Source: a virus
Taxonomy: Duplodnaviria > Caudoviricetes
Length of the DNA stretch: 35,011 nt
Direction: 5' to 3' (one strand)
IMG/VR virus record: IMGVR_UViG_3300032314_000157
Span: 1-35,011 of that record
The notes under the pieces are model-generated. The model was not told the DNA's origin. It searched no databases and saw only the letters and a program-made list of their open reading frames with translations. This document shows, in pieces, positions 7,560 to 16,403 of the stretch. How positions within the stretch are numbered: position 1 is the stretch's first letter; every line of letters begins with the position of its first letter. The position numbers were made by a program, and so were the translations under genes.

Positions 7560-9097
7560 TGATTACTGAAGATTTTTATAGAGACTTGTTTGGCCTCGCT
7601 GAAGAGCTCGGGTTTCATCCTCCGAAGTTAATGGATATTCAAGAAAAAAACTCGGAGATTTTATCGAGCTTTAATATACAAGACCTAAAAATGCTCATCG
7701 CCGGAATGATGGGCGGCATTGAGTTGGCAAAATATGATGGGATTGATTTTACCCCACCAGAAGGAGCTAGGGAGGCCGCCAAAAGAGCCTTGGATGTTAG
7801 AGAGACAAAACCACCCAGCCAAAGGGGAATGACCCCAGTAGGCATCGCCAGAGCTAGGGACTTGCAAAATGGCGTGAAGCTATCACCCGACACAGTAAGG
7901 CGAATGTTGAACTTCCTAACTCGTCACGAAGTCGATAAGAAGGGTGCAACTTGGGATGAGCAGGGCAAGGGCTGGCAAGCGTGGCACGGATGGGGCGGAG
8001 ATGCTGGCTATGCTTGGGCAAGGAAAGTAGTTAAGCAGATGGAGGCTAGGGATAGCAAAGAACTCGCCCGACCAGTCTCTCAAACACCTGCTCCTCCTAA
8101 AGAGAGAATCAAAGGCTCGAAGGAGAACCCAGAAGGCACGGCATCCACCCGAAGCAAAGCAGGGGACATCGAGATTTCATCCGAGAACGAGGAGGCATTG
8201 AAGAACAAGATTGCCGAGTTCAAAGACAAGCACCCAGCAAGGAAAGCCCCCACCCTTGGAGCATTGAAGAAAGTGTTTCGCAGGGGGGCGGGTGCATTCT
8301 CGACCAGCTTTAGGCCAACGATTACCGGGGGAAAGCCCAACTCAAGGAACGCTTGGGCGATGGCAAGGGTGAATAAGTTTCTCAAGATGGCGGGTGGGGG
8401 AGAGGTCAAAGACTCCTACCGCAAGGCAGATGGCGATTTATTGGAGGAAAGATTTGATTGTGGAACTGGTGCTGGTGGATTTAAGGAAGGAAATACTTGT
8501 GCTGGCGGGGGTGAGGAAACAAAAATATCAAATAAAATAGAAAAAAATAGGCAATTCATTGATGATGTAGATAAAGAAAGCAAAAATAATAAAGAAAAAA
8601 TAATTTTTGTAAAGGACGGTAAAAAAATATCTGAAACATATGGGGTGGATGATAGGGCAGACTTAACTGAAGAACAAAAGAATCTTTTGAAATCATCAAG
8701 CGGAGAAATCACAACAATCCACAACCATCCACAAGAGAGTATTCCATCTAGTCTGGATATTGGGCTTTTTGCTGGAAGCGGGGGAGAGCATATTATATCA
8801 ACACCTACATCAATATATAAAATAAATATCGACAAAAAAACAGAAGATGAGGCAAGAAATCTATCTGAAAATTATGCCAGCGTTAACTATAAAATACAAA
8901 AAGAACTAAATTCATATCTTTCAGATAGATTCCCAAGAAAAATAGGAGGAGGTGCTGGCATAGACGGATTCTCATATAGAAATAAAGGAGAATTTGAAAA
9001 AGCAAAAAATGCAGAAAAGAAAATATCTGAAAGCATATTTTCAGATTTTGCAAAAACAAACGGGTTTGCTTTTGATGTAATTGACAAGAAGTCATAA
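7559..9097 (+). CDS. Multidomain head-associated protein: W/G-rich domain, DUF5824-like domain, tag, JAB/MPN-like domain
   Basis: PPEGAREAAKRAL...WHGWGGDAGYAWA; VFRRGAGAF...WAMARVNKF...ADGDLL; tag; TIHNHPQESIPSSLD. Confidence 0.7.
   Translation: MITEDFYRDLFGLAEELGFHPPKLMDIQEKNSEILSSFNIQDLKMLIAGMMGGIELAKYDGIDFTPPEGAREAAKRALDVRETKPPSQRGMTPVGIARARDLQNGVKLSPDTVRRMLNFLTRHEVDKKGATWDEQGKGWQAWHGWGGDAGYAWARKVVKQMEARDSKELARPVSQTPAPPKERIKGSKENPEGTASTRSKAGDIEISSENEEALKNKIAEFKDKHPARKAPTLGALKKVFRRGAGAFSTSFRPTITGGKPNSRNAWAMARVNKFLKMAGGGEVKDSYRKADGDLLEERFDCGTGAGGFKEGNTCAGGGEETKISNKIEKNRQFIDDVDKESKNNKEKIIFVKDGKKISETYGVDDRADLTEEQKNLLKSSSGEITTIHNHPQESIPSSLDIGLFAGSGGEHIISTPTSIYKINIDKKTEDEARNLSENYASVNYKIQKELNSYLSDRFPRKIGGGAGIDGFSYRNKGEFEKAKNAEKKISESIFSDFAKTNGFAFDVIDKKS
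8456..8503 (+). repeat. Copy 2 of 48-nt repeat encoding DCGTGAGGFKEGNTCA
   Basis: See copy 1; longest exact shared run GAAGGAAATACTTGTGC (17 nt). Confidence 0.95.
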
Positions 9098-9101
9098 CCT
9101 T

Positions 9102-10184
9102 ATGCCCCTACCCATTCCCTCTGCTGACGAATCCGAACAAGACTTTGTTTCCCGCTTTATGGGTGACGAAGAGGCAGTATCCAAGTTTCCAGATGAGACC
9201 CAGCGTTCAGCCGTAGCCTATTCGACCTATCGGGACGAGGAGCTAGATGAAATGGAGCTAGGCGGGGTGAGCATTTTGGAGGTGGGAGAGGCCAAAGGAC
9301 ACGACCTTTTCGTGGATAAAACAAGCCTAGAGACTGCCCTCAAACTTATGAGCAACGCCAAGAATGGCGTGAAGGTTAAAATGAACCACGGAAGCGGATT
9401 GGACGCAGTTGTCGGCTTTGCCCGCAACCCCCGCATCGAAGGGGACAAGCTGGTTGCCGACCTTCGCCTACTCCGCAACTCGCCCCACTACGGCCTAATC
9501 AAAGAGATGGCCTCCGAAGCACCCGACCAGTTTGGAGTTTCCCTAGCCTTTGTGAATGAGTCCGAGACCATCAACGGCAAGGACTACATTCGCCCCCAGA
9601 GCATCGCTTCTGCTGATTTAGTTTCCTCCCCTGCGGCCACCAATGGCCTCTTTGAAGAAATGGTAAAGTTTATGGAAAAGCTGGGATATGTAAGCGGAGG
9701 AAAGACAATCCCAGCCGTAGTTAAACAAGCCGTGGAGGAAGCTCCACTTGACAAAAAGGACAAAACAAATATGGAAAACAATTATTCGAAAGATATCGAG
9801 GACATCAAGGTTCGCTTGGCGGCCATTGAAGATTCGATGAAACCCAAAGAAGAAATTAAAAAAGAGGAGATGGCCGAAGATAAGAAGCCCTCCGAGACTC
9901 CCGCCCCTGCTCCCGAAATCTCTGTTGAGGTTGAACCCTCCGAAGATAAAAAGGAAGAGATGAGCGAAGTCGTGAAGAAAGTTCTCACCGAGTTCGGCAT
10001 TAAGCCCATCTCCGCTTCGCCAGTTGTCGAAGCCCCTGCGAAGGTTGAACCCAAAACTTTTGAAGCACTCGTGGCCGCCCACAGCGATTACGGAACTTCA
10101 AAGCTCAAGGCTATGCAAGCCGTGATGCTGTCTAACCCTAAAGAATACTCCGAGGCTCTGTCTCGCGGTATCTCAAAACTCTAA
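9102..10184 (+). CDS. Prohead protease / scaffold protein
   Basis: GEAKGH, MNH, VVG, FGVS, SADLVSSPAATNGLF protease-like core; acidic Pro-rich C-terminal scaffold; ATG 9102 preferred over TTG 9081. Confidence 0.8.
   Translation: MPLPIPSADESEQDFVSRFMGDEEAVSKFPDETQRSAVAYSTYRDEELDEMELGGVSILEVGEAKGHDLFVDKTSLETALKLMSNAKNGVKVKMNHGSGLDAVVGFARNPRIEGDKLVADLRLLRNSPHYGLIKEMASEAPDQFGVSLAFVNESETINGKDYIRPQSIASADLVSSPAATNGLFEEMVKFMEKLGYVSGGKTIPAVVKQAVEEAPLDKKDKTNMENNYSKDIEDIKVRLAAIEDSMKPKEEIKKEEMAEDKKPSETPAPAPEISVEVEPSEDKKEEMSEVVKKVLTEFGIKPISASPVVEAPAKVEPKTFEALVAAHSDYGTSKLKAMQAVMLSNPKEYSEALSRGISKL
9771..10184 (+). CDS. Probable nested in-frame scaffold protein (Nu3-like internal start, MENNYSK...)
   Basis: Internal ATG preceded by TTGACA (9748-9753), AAGGA and an A-rich leader. 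Confidence 0.55.
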   Translation: MENNYSKDIEDIKVRLAAIEDSMKPKEEIKKEEMAEDKKPSETPAPAPEISVEVEPSEDKKEEMSEVVKKVLTEFGIKPISASPVVEAPAKVEPKTFEALVAAHSDYGTSKLKAMQAVMLSNPKEYSEALSRGISKL

Positions 10185-10202
10185 ACCAAAGGATAAAAGA
10201 AA

Positions 10203-10565
10203 ATGTCTACTCAAATTGATGGTAATTTTCGCACATTCGGCTCGGCCAATGCTATCTCGGCATTCCGATTCGTTCAGCCCGACACCACCACGGCTGGCTT
10301 CGTTAATGTTGCGGTAACTGGTGCAACCAAAGCTATCGGCGTGACTCAAGAAGATGTTGTCGCTGGTGGCTTCGTGTCTTGTAAGTTGTTTCATCCGACT
10401 TTTTTCGCAACAGTTTCTGGCGTTGCGGCAGTCGGTGATACTTTGAAATTCGACGCTACTGGTTTGGTGACCACATTGGCCGCCAACCTCGTAACGGCTG
10501 GTGTTGCACTCGAAGCGGCCACAAGTTCATCGGCTGTTATCGAAATCGCAATCCCGATGTTCTAA
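10203..10565 (+). CDS. Capsid decoration/cement protein (DUF2190-like)
   Basis: 120 aa, Ala/Gly/Thr-rich, AIGVTQED, GVALEAAT; directly before the MCP. Confidence 0.75.
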   Translation: MSTQIDGNFRTFGSANAISAFRFVQPDTTTAGFVNVAVTGATKAIGVTQEDVVAGGFVSCKLFHPTFFATVSGVAAVGDTLKFDATGLVTTLAANLVTAGVALEAATSSSAVIEIAIPMF

Positions 10566-10602
10566 ACAATAACAACAACAAACAAAGAAAGAATAATATA
10601 AA

Positions 10603-11565
10603 ATGAGCTTTATTTCTGGTGGCACGACCATTCGTGCTGATATCAACCAAGCCCTCATCGAATCTCCCGCAGAGATCGGCTTGATCGGTGCGGAAGTTCT
10701 CCCTCTCTTGCCCGTTCCGGCAAAGAGCGGAACTTACCTCAAAGTGCAGACGGCTGATGCTGGTCTGCTAGATGCCGATGCGGCGAAGCGTAGTGCTGGT
10801 TCTGAATACGCACGGGCTTCAAGAAAATTCACCTCTGATAATTACGATTGTCAGGAAACCGGACTGGAAGAATTGTTGGACGATTCTTTCCGTGCGGATT
10901 CTGCCAGATTTTTTCAAATCGAGGCCGAAACAGCGAGGTTCTTGCTCCGACAAGTTAAGCTCTCCCACGAAAAGCGGGTGGCTGATTTGTTGTTCGCAAC
11001 AACGACCCCCTTCACCACGGCTGATTTAAGCCCTACGGCTTCATACATTGAAGGCAATCTGACAACCATCAACGCCCCTGCGGATGTTGCGGCTGGCAAG
11101 CTCGCTCTTAATCGCTTGGGTTATGCGGCCAATGCGGTCATTATGTCGGCCAATGTGTACGAGCGGGTTCGTCGTACCACCCTCCTACAGAATCAGTTCT
11201 ACGGAGTTGTGTCGAATACTGGCGGTCGTCTCCTAGACGAAGCACAGATTGCCGAAGCGTTCGGTGTGGATAAAGTCTACATCGGTCGTGCGGCCATCAA
11301 TACTGCCAACAAGAACAAGCCTTACTCTGGTTCGTTCATTGTTCCGGACACCAAGATTGTTGTTGCCAATATCTCTAGCGGTCAGTTCACCGCTGGCGGC
11401 ATCGGACGCACCTTGGTCTGGTCGGAAGATGCTCCCGGTGGTTTCGTCTCCGAGAGCTATCGTGACGAGGCTCGTCGCTCGAATGTTCTCCGTGTTCGCA
11501 TGAACACAGCCGAGAAGGTCATTGATGCGAACGCCGCCGTCCGTATCACCACGACTTACAGCTAA
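10603..11565 (+). CDS. Major capsid protein (lambda gpE-like)
   Basis: 320 aa; IGAEVLPLLPV, YDCQETGL, HEKRVADLLF, ESYRDE...RVRM; followed by strong terminator. Confidence 0.85.
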   Translation: MSFISGGTTIRADINQALIESPAEIGLIGAEVLPLLPVPAKSGTYLKVQTADAGLLDADAAKRSAGSEYARASRKFTSDNYDCQETGLEELLDDSFRADSARFFQIEAETARFLLRQVKLSHEKRVADLLFATTTPFTTADLSPTASYIEGNLTTINAPADVAAGKLALNRLGYAANAVIMSANVYERVRRTTLLQNQFYGVVSNTGGRLLDEAQIAEAFGVDKVYIGRAAINTANKNKPYSGSFIVPDTKIVVANISSGQFTAGGIGRTLVWSEDAPGGFVSESYRDEARRSNVLRVRMNTAEKVIDANAAVRITTTYS

Positions 11566-11590
11566 AGATTGGTTGGTTGTTTCCTCCGAA

Positions 11591-11631
11591 GAAGGGGGAG
11601 CAGGGGAAACCTTGCTCCTCCTTTTTCTTTT
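11591..11631 (+). terminator. Rho-independent terminator after MCP
   Basis: GAAGGGGGAGCAGGG-GAAA-CCTTGCTCCTCCTTT stem-loop followed by T-tract. Confidence 0.9.
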
Positions 11632-11651
11632 GACATTAGGATAATAAAACT

Positions 11652-11948
11652 ATGGCAGACCTAACTAATTCCGAACCTTATTACGACCAGATTTCCCACG
11701 CCGCCAGACCCGGCACAAGGTATGTGGTTACAACTGGAACAGCAATCACAACCCCCAACGAGTTCGCTGGTATTTATGTTGTTTCAGATGCAAAGTTCGC
11801 AAGCATCTCCTCTGCCGTAACTGGCTTTTCGAGCCTTGCTAATGCTACTGCGGCCTCTGCCTCCACCATCAACGCGGGGATTTATCTTGCTGGCACTTGC
11901 ACAGCATTCTCTATTCATAGCGGAATTGTTCTTGGCATCGGTGACTAA
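11652..11948 (+). CDS. Small Ala/Ser/Thr-rich virion protein
   Basis: Position after MCP; composition; TTGACA 16 nt upstream. Confidence 0.55.
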   Translation: MADLTNSEPYYDQISHAARPGTRYVVTTGTAITTPNEFAGIYVVSDAKFASISSAVTGFSSLANATAASASTINAGIYLAGTCTAFSIHSGIVLGIGD

Positions 11949-11969
11949 AAGTTGGTAAGGTAAATCCTT

Positions 11970-12791
11970 ATGATGATTAAAGGCGGTATTCGGATTGGTG
12001 GGCTAGGAATATCTGGATATGATGCAGATGCCGCCGCCTATTTCGATAGAGCGGGCGTGACAGATAACACCGCCAAAGTGCAGATCAATGGATTTGTGAA
12101 GGGCATAAAAGACCTCGGCCTTTACAATAGTATGGTTTGTTATCCGTTGCGTTCTGCACAAAATAGCCCAAGCGGAAACACAATTTATTCTTTGGGAGGA
12201 TTGGGGATATTTAACGGGACGCTAGTAAATAATCCAACCAGAGCTTCCGACTTTATGGTCTTTTCTGATGTCACGAAATATATGGAGATAAATGGCCTAA
12301 CTGGCTTGACCTCCACGATGTTTCTTATGACTGTTGCAAAACTAGGTTCAGAAGAGAACGGAACTTTGGGAATTGATATTAACAGCGACGCTCTTTTTGG
12401 GGGTCAGCCAACAAACTATATGCAAACCTACACATCACCTAGCACTGTAATTGGTTCTGGATTGAGAACTACATCTGGCGGTAGTTTTTCCCAGTGGGCA
12501 AATTTAGTCACTGGAGTAGCCGAGGATGATATTGGTATTTTATTTATTGGTCACAATGCAACAGATCAATTATTTAGATGGAATAACATAACACAATCTA
12601 GGACAATCGCAACCGCCGTTGGAATTGGAGCTAGAGCAAGACTGAACATTAGGTCAGATAATGGAATGCAAGGCGGCAGGTCGGACTATGCATTTACAAT
12701 GATGTGCAACGGAGGTGTTTCGGATGCTAATTTTCAATCCATTCGCACCCTCTACAAAACCACCCTTGGAACTGGCCTCGGATTGCCATAA
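11970..12791 (+). CDS. Putative virion fibre/lectin-like protein
   Basis: YDADAAAYFDRAG N-terminus, beta-rich core, LYKTTLGTGLGLP C-terminus. Confidence 0.5.
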   Translation: MMIKGGIRIGGLGISGYDADAAAYFDRAGVTDNTAKVQINGFVKGIKDLGLYNSMVCYPLRSAQNSPSGNTIYSLGGLGIFNGTLVNNPTRASDFMVFSDVTKYMEINGLTGLTSTMFLMTVAKLGSEENGTLGIDINSDALFGGQPTNYMQTYTSPSTVIGSGLRTTSGGSFSQWANLVTGVAEDDIGILFIGHNATDQLFRWNNITQSRTIATAVGIGARARLNIRSDNGMQGGRSDYAFTMMCNGGVSDANFQSIRTLYKTTLGTGLGLP

Positions 12792-12823
12792 TTAAAAACT
12801 AGAAATCCTAACTGAAATCCTAA

Positions 12824-14473
12824 ATGAAACACGACATCTCACTCTATCTCATAGCTGGTAATGAAGAAGAATATATTGAGCGTTGCCTCAAATCGTTCTC
12901 AATCGCAAAAGAAATGGTTGTATGTATTTCTAGGGGGTCAGCTACGCCCGATAAGACCGAGGAAATTGCAAAAGGGTTGGGAGCGAAGATCGTTCATTAC
13001 CAGAATAAAAGAACTGATTGGAATCACATAGATGACTTTGCCACGGCAAGGAACACGGCTCTTGAGGCTTGCTCAAGCGAGTGGTGTTTATGGGTCGATG
13101 CTGACGATGTAATGGCCGAGGATGGGGCGAAGGTGGTCGAAGAGGCTATTGACCTTGCCATTCAAAAAGACGCTCACCTAGTGGCGTTAAAATACAATGT
13201 GGACAACGCTGGACTCATTCCGCTTCGAGAAGAAATCTCCAAGAAAGGCACTTGTAGCTGGAAGAACCGAGTTCACGAAATGCTGGTTTGCAAAGAACCA
13301 AACAAGACGATTGGCGTGGACAAGATTTTCAGAATCCACAAACCTCACGGCTACAAGCCAAGGAGTGCAGAGAGGAACTTAAACATCTTGGCCGACACGC
13401 TTGCCCCAGCCGCTAACTCCCTTTATTACCAAGCCCAAGAGTATTTCCTATCTGGGCAGATTGAAAAGTGTATTGATTCAAGTATGCGAGCGTTGGCATT
13501 CCCAGAGCTAGAGGACACGCTCCGATACGATGTGCTTTGCAACTTGGGGAGAGTTGCACCAGAAAACGAGAGGCTTTCTTATCTTGGACAAGCCGTAGCC
13601 CTACAACCCGATAGGCGAGAGGCTTATTTCTATATAGCAAATCATTGGTCTGGAAAGGGAAGCTGGATAAAAGCGTATGGGGCAGTTCGTTCTTGTCTGA
13701 CTCTACATCGCCCCAAAGCCCACTACTGGAATCTAGTCGAGGCGATTTACAACTGGCAAGCTATGGACTTATACGAGACCGCATCGGTATGCGTTGGAGA
13801 AACTGCCGAGGCTGAAAAGATTAAGAAGATGCGACCAGCCCCCAAGATCAGCATTATTCACGCCACAAGGGGCAGACCGCAAGTGGCTTGGCAGAGGCGA
13901 TGGATGTGGCTTTCTTTAGCCGAGAAGCCCCTAGAAATTGAGTGGCTCTTTATGGTCGATCACAACGACCCAACCGACTACACCCCCCACCAAGCTATCA
14001 GATGCAATCCGGGCGGGATGATTAACGCTTGGAACGCAGGGGCAAAAATAGCCAAAGGGGATATTGTTATTCAAATGAGCGATGATTGGACACCCCCCCG
14101 CCATTGGGATGCCCTAATTTCGAACGCTATTGGGGATACAACGCAAGAGAAAGTGCTGGCAGTATCAGATGGCCTACGGCAAGACAAGCTCCTCTGTATG
14201 GCGATTCTGACGCAATCTAGACTCAAGAAGCAGGGGCATCTATTCCACCCCGACTACCAAGATTCGGATGGCATCTATTCCGACAACGAGTTCACGGATA
14301 GAGCCTATGCAGAACAAGCCGTAGTTGAGGCTAGACATATCCAGTTTAAGCACGATAACCCTATGTTTAATGGCGGCCAACCAGACGAACAATTAAAGAA
14401 CCACAACAAGCCAGAATTCTACGAGAAAGGAAAAGCGATCTATGAAAAACGCAAAGCAAATAATTGGATGTAG
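12824..14473 (+). CDS. GT2 glycosyltransferase + TPR-like region + second GT-A domain
   Basis: NEEEYIERCLKS, DDFATARN, WVDADD, RVHE; YYQAQEY, QPDRREAY; ISIIHATRGRP, AWNAGA, MSDDW, YSDNEF. Confidence 0.85.
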   Translation: MKHDISLYLIAGNEEEYIERCLKSFSIAKEMVVCISRGSATPDKTEEIAKGLGAKIVHYQNKRTDWNHIDDFATARNTALEACSSEWCLWVDADDVMAEDGAKVVEEAIDLAIQKDAHLVALKYNVDNAGLIPLREEISKKGTCSWKNRVHEMLVCKEPNKTIGVDKIFRIHKPHGYKPRSAERNLNILADTLAPAANSLYYQAQEYFLSGQIEKCIDSSMRALAFPELEDTLRYDVLCNLGRVAPENERLSYLGQAVALQPDRREAYFYIANHWSGKGSWIKAYGAVRSCLTLHRPKAHYWNLVEAIYNWQAMDLYETASVCVGETAEAEKIKKMRPAPKISIIHATRGRPQVAWQRRWMWLSLAEKPLEIEWLFMVDHNDPTDYTPHQAIRCNPGGMINAWNAGAKIAKGDIVIQMSDDWTPPRHWDALISNAIGDTTQEKVLAVSDGLRQDKLLCMAILTQSRLKKQGHLFHPDYQDSDGIYSDNEFTDRAYAEQAVVEARHIQFKHDNPMFNGGQPDEQLKNHNKPEFYEKGKAIYEKRKANNWM

Positions 14474-14687
14474 GAAATCAAAAAAGGGGGAGAATGCGAA
14501 GGGGCTTGGTGTGATTACCTTCGGTAAGTCTAGCATAGACAAAACAAAGTATGTGCTAGTTGATATTACCTATGATGATAAGGCGGGGAAGGAATTGTAT
14601 GAGGCTGGGATGCTCGCATTGAAGCACGACAAGGAATCCGTGATTGCCTATGTAATTCGCAAGGCTTTAGAGGCGAAAATTAAATGA
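14442..14687 (+). CDS. Hypothetical protein
   Basis: ORF tiling between the two GT genes; start uncertain. Confidence 0.5.
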   Translation: MKNAKQIIGCRKSKKGENAKGLGVITFGKSSIDKTKYVLVDITYDDKAGKELYEAGMLALKHDKESVIAYVIRKALEAKIK

Positions 14688-15613
14688 AAACAGCAGATGT
14701 TTTATTTAGTTGTTATGAGCCTCCTTCTTTTGGGATTTTTGGATTATCAGAAGCAAAGGAATATGGAGTTGTTAAAAATTTCTTCCCAATGCCTCAAAAC
14801 CCAGACCTTGTAATTAAGACATTAAGGGAATCAACGGCAGATGTGATTATCTTAATTTCACCAGTATATTTTGGCGAGTTCTTTGTATCAAAAGCAAAGG
14901 AGTTGATATCTATTGGAAAGCCGATTATTGAGCTTGCTTGTGAATGGACTTGGGAAAATCCAACTATTCAATTTCATAAGAATTGGCAAGAAAACAGAAT
15001 CTTTGATGCGAACTATTATTTCTGTACGCTTGAGGCAGATAGGAAAAGAATGGTTGATATGGGCAGAAAAGCCTATCCCCTAAAGATGTTTGCATCAAAA
15101 AATGCTTTTCCCAAGGGGCCGCAATTAAGCCAGAGGGTACAGAAATTCTGCTTTATTGGAGCAATCGGAGAAGATATGTCGGGATTGTATTCAGAAAGAC
15201 GAAGAGTGCTTCAAGCATTATTAAGGAAAAATTTAATTGATATTATTAGTGTCCCGAAGGGAATCACAACAAACCATATTGTTTCCTATGCTTATGGTAT
15301 GTATGCTGGCATATTTTGTGCCCCTTGTAATGGAAAAGCTCACAGTATAAGGCTATATGAAGGGGCATTAGCTGGTGGATTTCTTTTTGAAGTGCAGAAT
15401 ATCATAGAGCAAAATAGAGTTTTTTTTAACAATCAACACGCTATTTCGATTCCAGAGGGAATTGACGAACAAGAATTATGTGAAAGAGTAGCGTCCATCA
15501 ATTTTTCTGTTGTTTCCGAAATGGCTGAAAATGCTAGAGAGATGGTTTTGAAAAATCACCTACCACAAAATGTTATTTCTGAAATTATTGATACAGCATT
15601 AGAGAAAATCTGA
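14684..15613 (+). CDS. GT-B glycosyltransferase (CgeB/Glyco_trans_1_2-like)
   Basis: FCFIGA...YSERRRVL, SIRLYEGALAGG, ENAREMVLKNH; AT-rich. Confidence 0.65.
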   Translation: MKTADVLFSCYEPPSFGIFGLSEAKEYGVVKNFFPMPQNPDLVIKTLRESTADVIILISPVYFGEFFVSKAKELISIGKPIIELACEWTWENPTIQFHKNWQENRIFDANYYFCTLEADRKRMVDMGRKAYPLKMFASKNAFPKGPQLSQRVQKFCFIGAIGEDMSGLYSERRRVLQALLRKNLIDIISVPKGITTNHIVSYAYGMYAGIFCAPCNGKAHSIRLYEGALAGGFLFEVQNIIEQNRVFFNNQHAISIPEGIDEQELCERVASINFSVVSEMAENAREMVLKNHLPQNVISEIIDTALEKI

Positions 15614-15669
15614 CAATATATTTGGGGTTTGTGATGTGACAACTATGGATTGACATAGGTAGCTGATTT

Positions 15670-15987
15670 ATGGCTGGAACTATCAGCGCCTCCTACTTCG
15701 CAACGGACTTGACCTATATGATTCAAGACCTATATCAATCCGTCACCGGGCTTGGTTCTTCCTCTGTTTCTGCTTCTGTTACCGACCTAACAACGGCAAG
15801 CGAGTTGGAGATAGGTGGTGAGGTGTTTAGGGTGACGCAAAGTCTGGTCGTTTTAGCTTCTGGAATCTCTGCCCCAGCCATCGGCTCTCTTTGCACAGTT
15901 AGCGGGGTGGAGCGTATGATCGGAGGATTTTCGCAAAGCACAGATGGCCTTTCATTTACCATCGAACTTGCGGAGATTACGACCTAA
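15670..15987 (+). CDS. Head-tail joining protein (FII-like)
   Basis: 105 aa beta-rich, PAIGS; first gene of neck block. Confidence 0.55.
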   Translation: MAGTISASYFATDLTYMIQDLYQSVTGLGSSSVSASVTDLTTASELEIGGEVFRVTQSLVVLASGISAPAIGSLCTVSGVERMIGGFSQSTDGLSFTIELAEITT

Positions 15988-16403
15988 TGGCCTCGATAGA
16001 GAGGGAGGTAGAGAACGCCCTCCTTAATGTAGTTTCTGGTGTTACTGGGGTGAACTTCTTTACGAGTGAAAGAGGCACGGCTAGGACGATGCCGAGCGTA
16101 ACAGTTCAAGCCCAGATTGGGTCAGAGGAGCTTGTGCCTTTCTCTGGTGTATTCAAAACCCCAGCATCTATCACTTATGTGGCAAGGGCAGACACAACCG
16201 CACGAACCGCCTTTGATGCAAAATTTTACGACATCCTAGAACAACTCTATCGTTCGCCAGACCTTGCTAGTTATTTAACGACCAACTCAAACATTACTTT
16301 CTATGTGGCAAAGGTGACTGGGGATAGCCCCGCCGTGATAAGCCAAAACCGCACTTGGTCAAGGGCGATGACCCTAGACATCACCGCAACAGCAAAGAAA
16401 TGA
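15987..16403 (+). CDS. Putative tail terminator/neck protein
   Basis: EREVENALLN...MPSVTV... pattern and position. Confidence 0.5.
   Translation: MASIEREVENALLNVVSGVTGVNFFTSERGTARTMPSVTVQAQIGSEELVPFSGVFKTPASITYVARADTTARTAFDAKFYDILEQLYRSPDLASYLTTNSNITFYVAKVTGDSPAVISQNRTWSRAMTLDITATAKK

Noticed and set aside
6780-7650. Intein or self-splicing intron in the portal gene
   Set aside because: No terminal HN-C/S/T intein motif, the insert ends in a stop codon, and no intron core structure was recognised.
6792-8503. Diversity-generating retroelement TR/VR pair
   Set aside because: No reverse transcriptase; differences are synonymous third-position changes, not adenine-specific.
9081-9101. TTG start for the protease gene as given in the track
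   Set aside because: That TTG is part of the recurrent TTGACA motif; ATG 9102 matches the spacing seen at other late genes.
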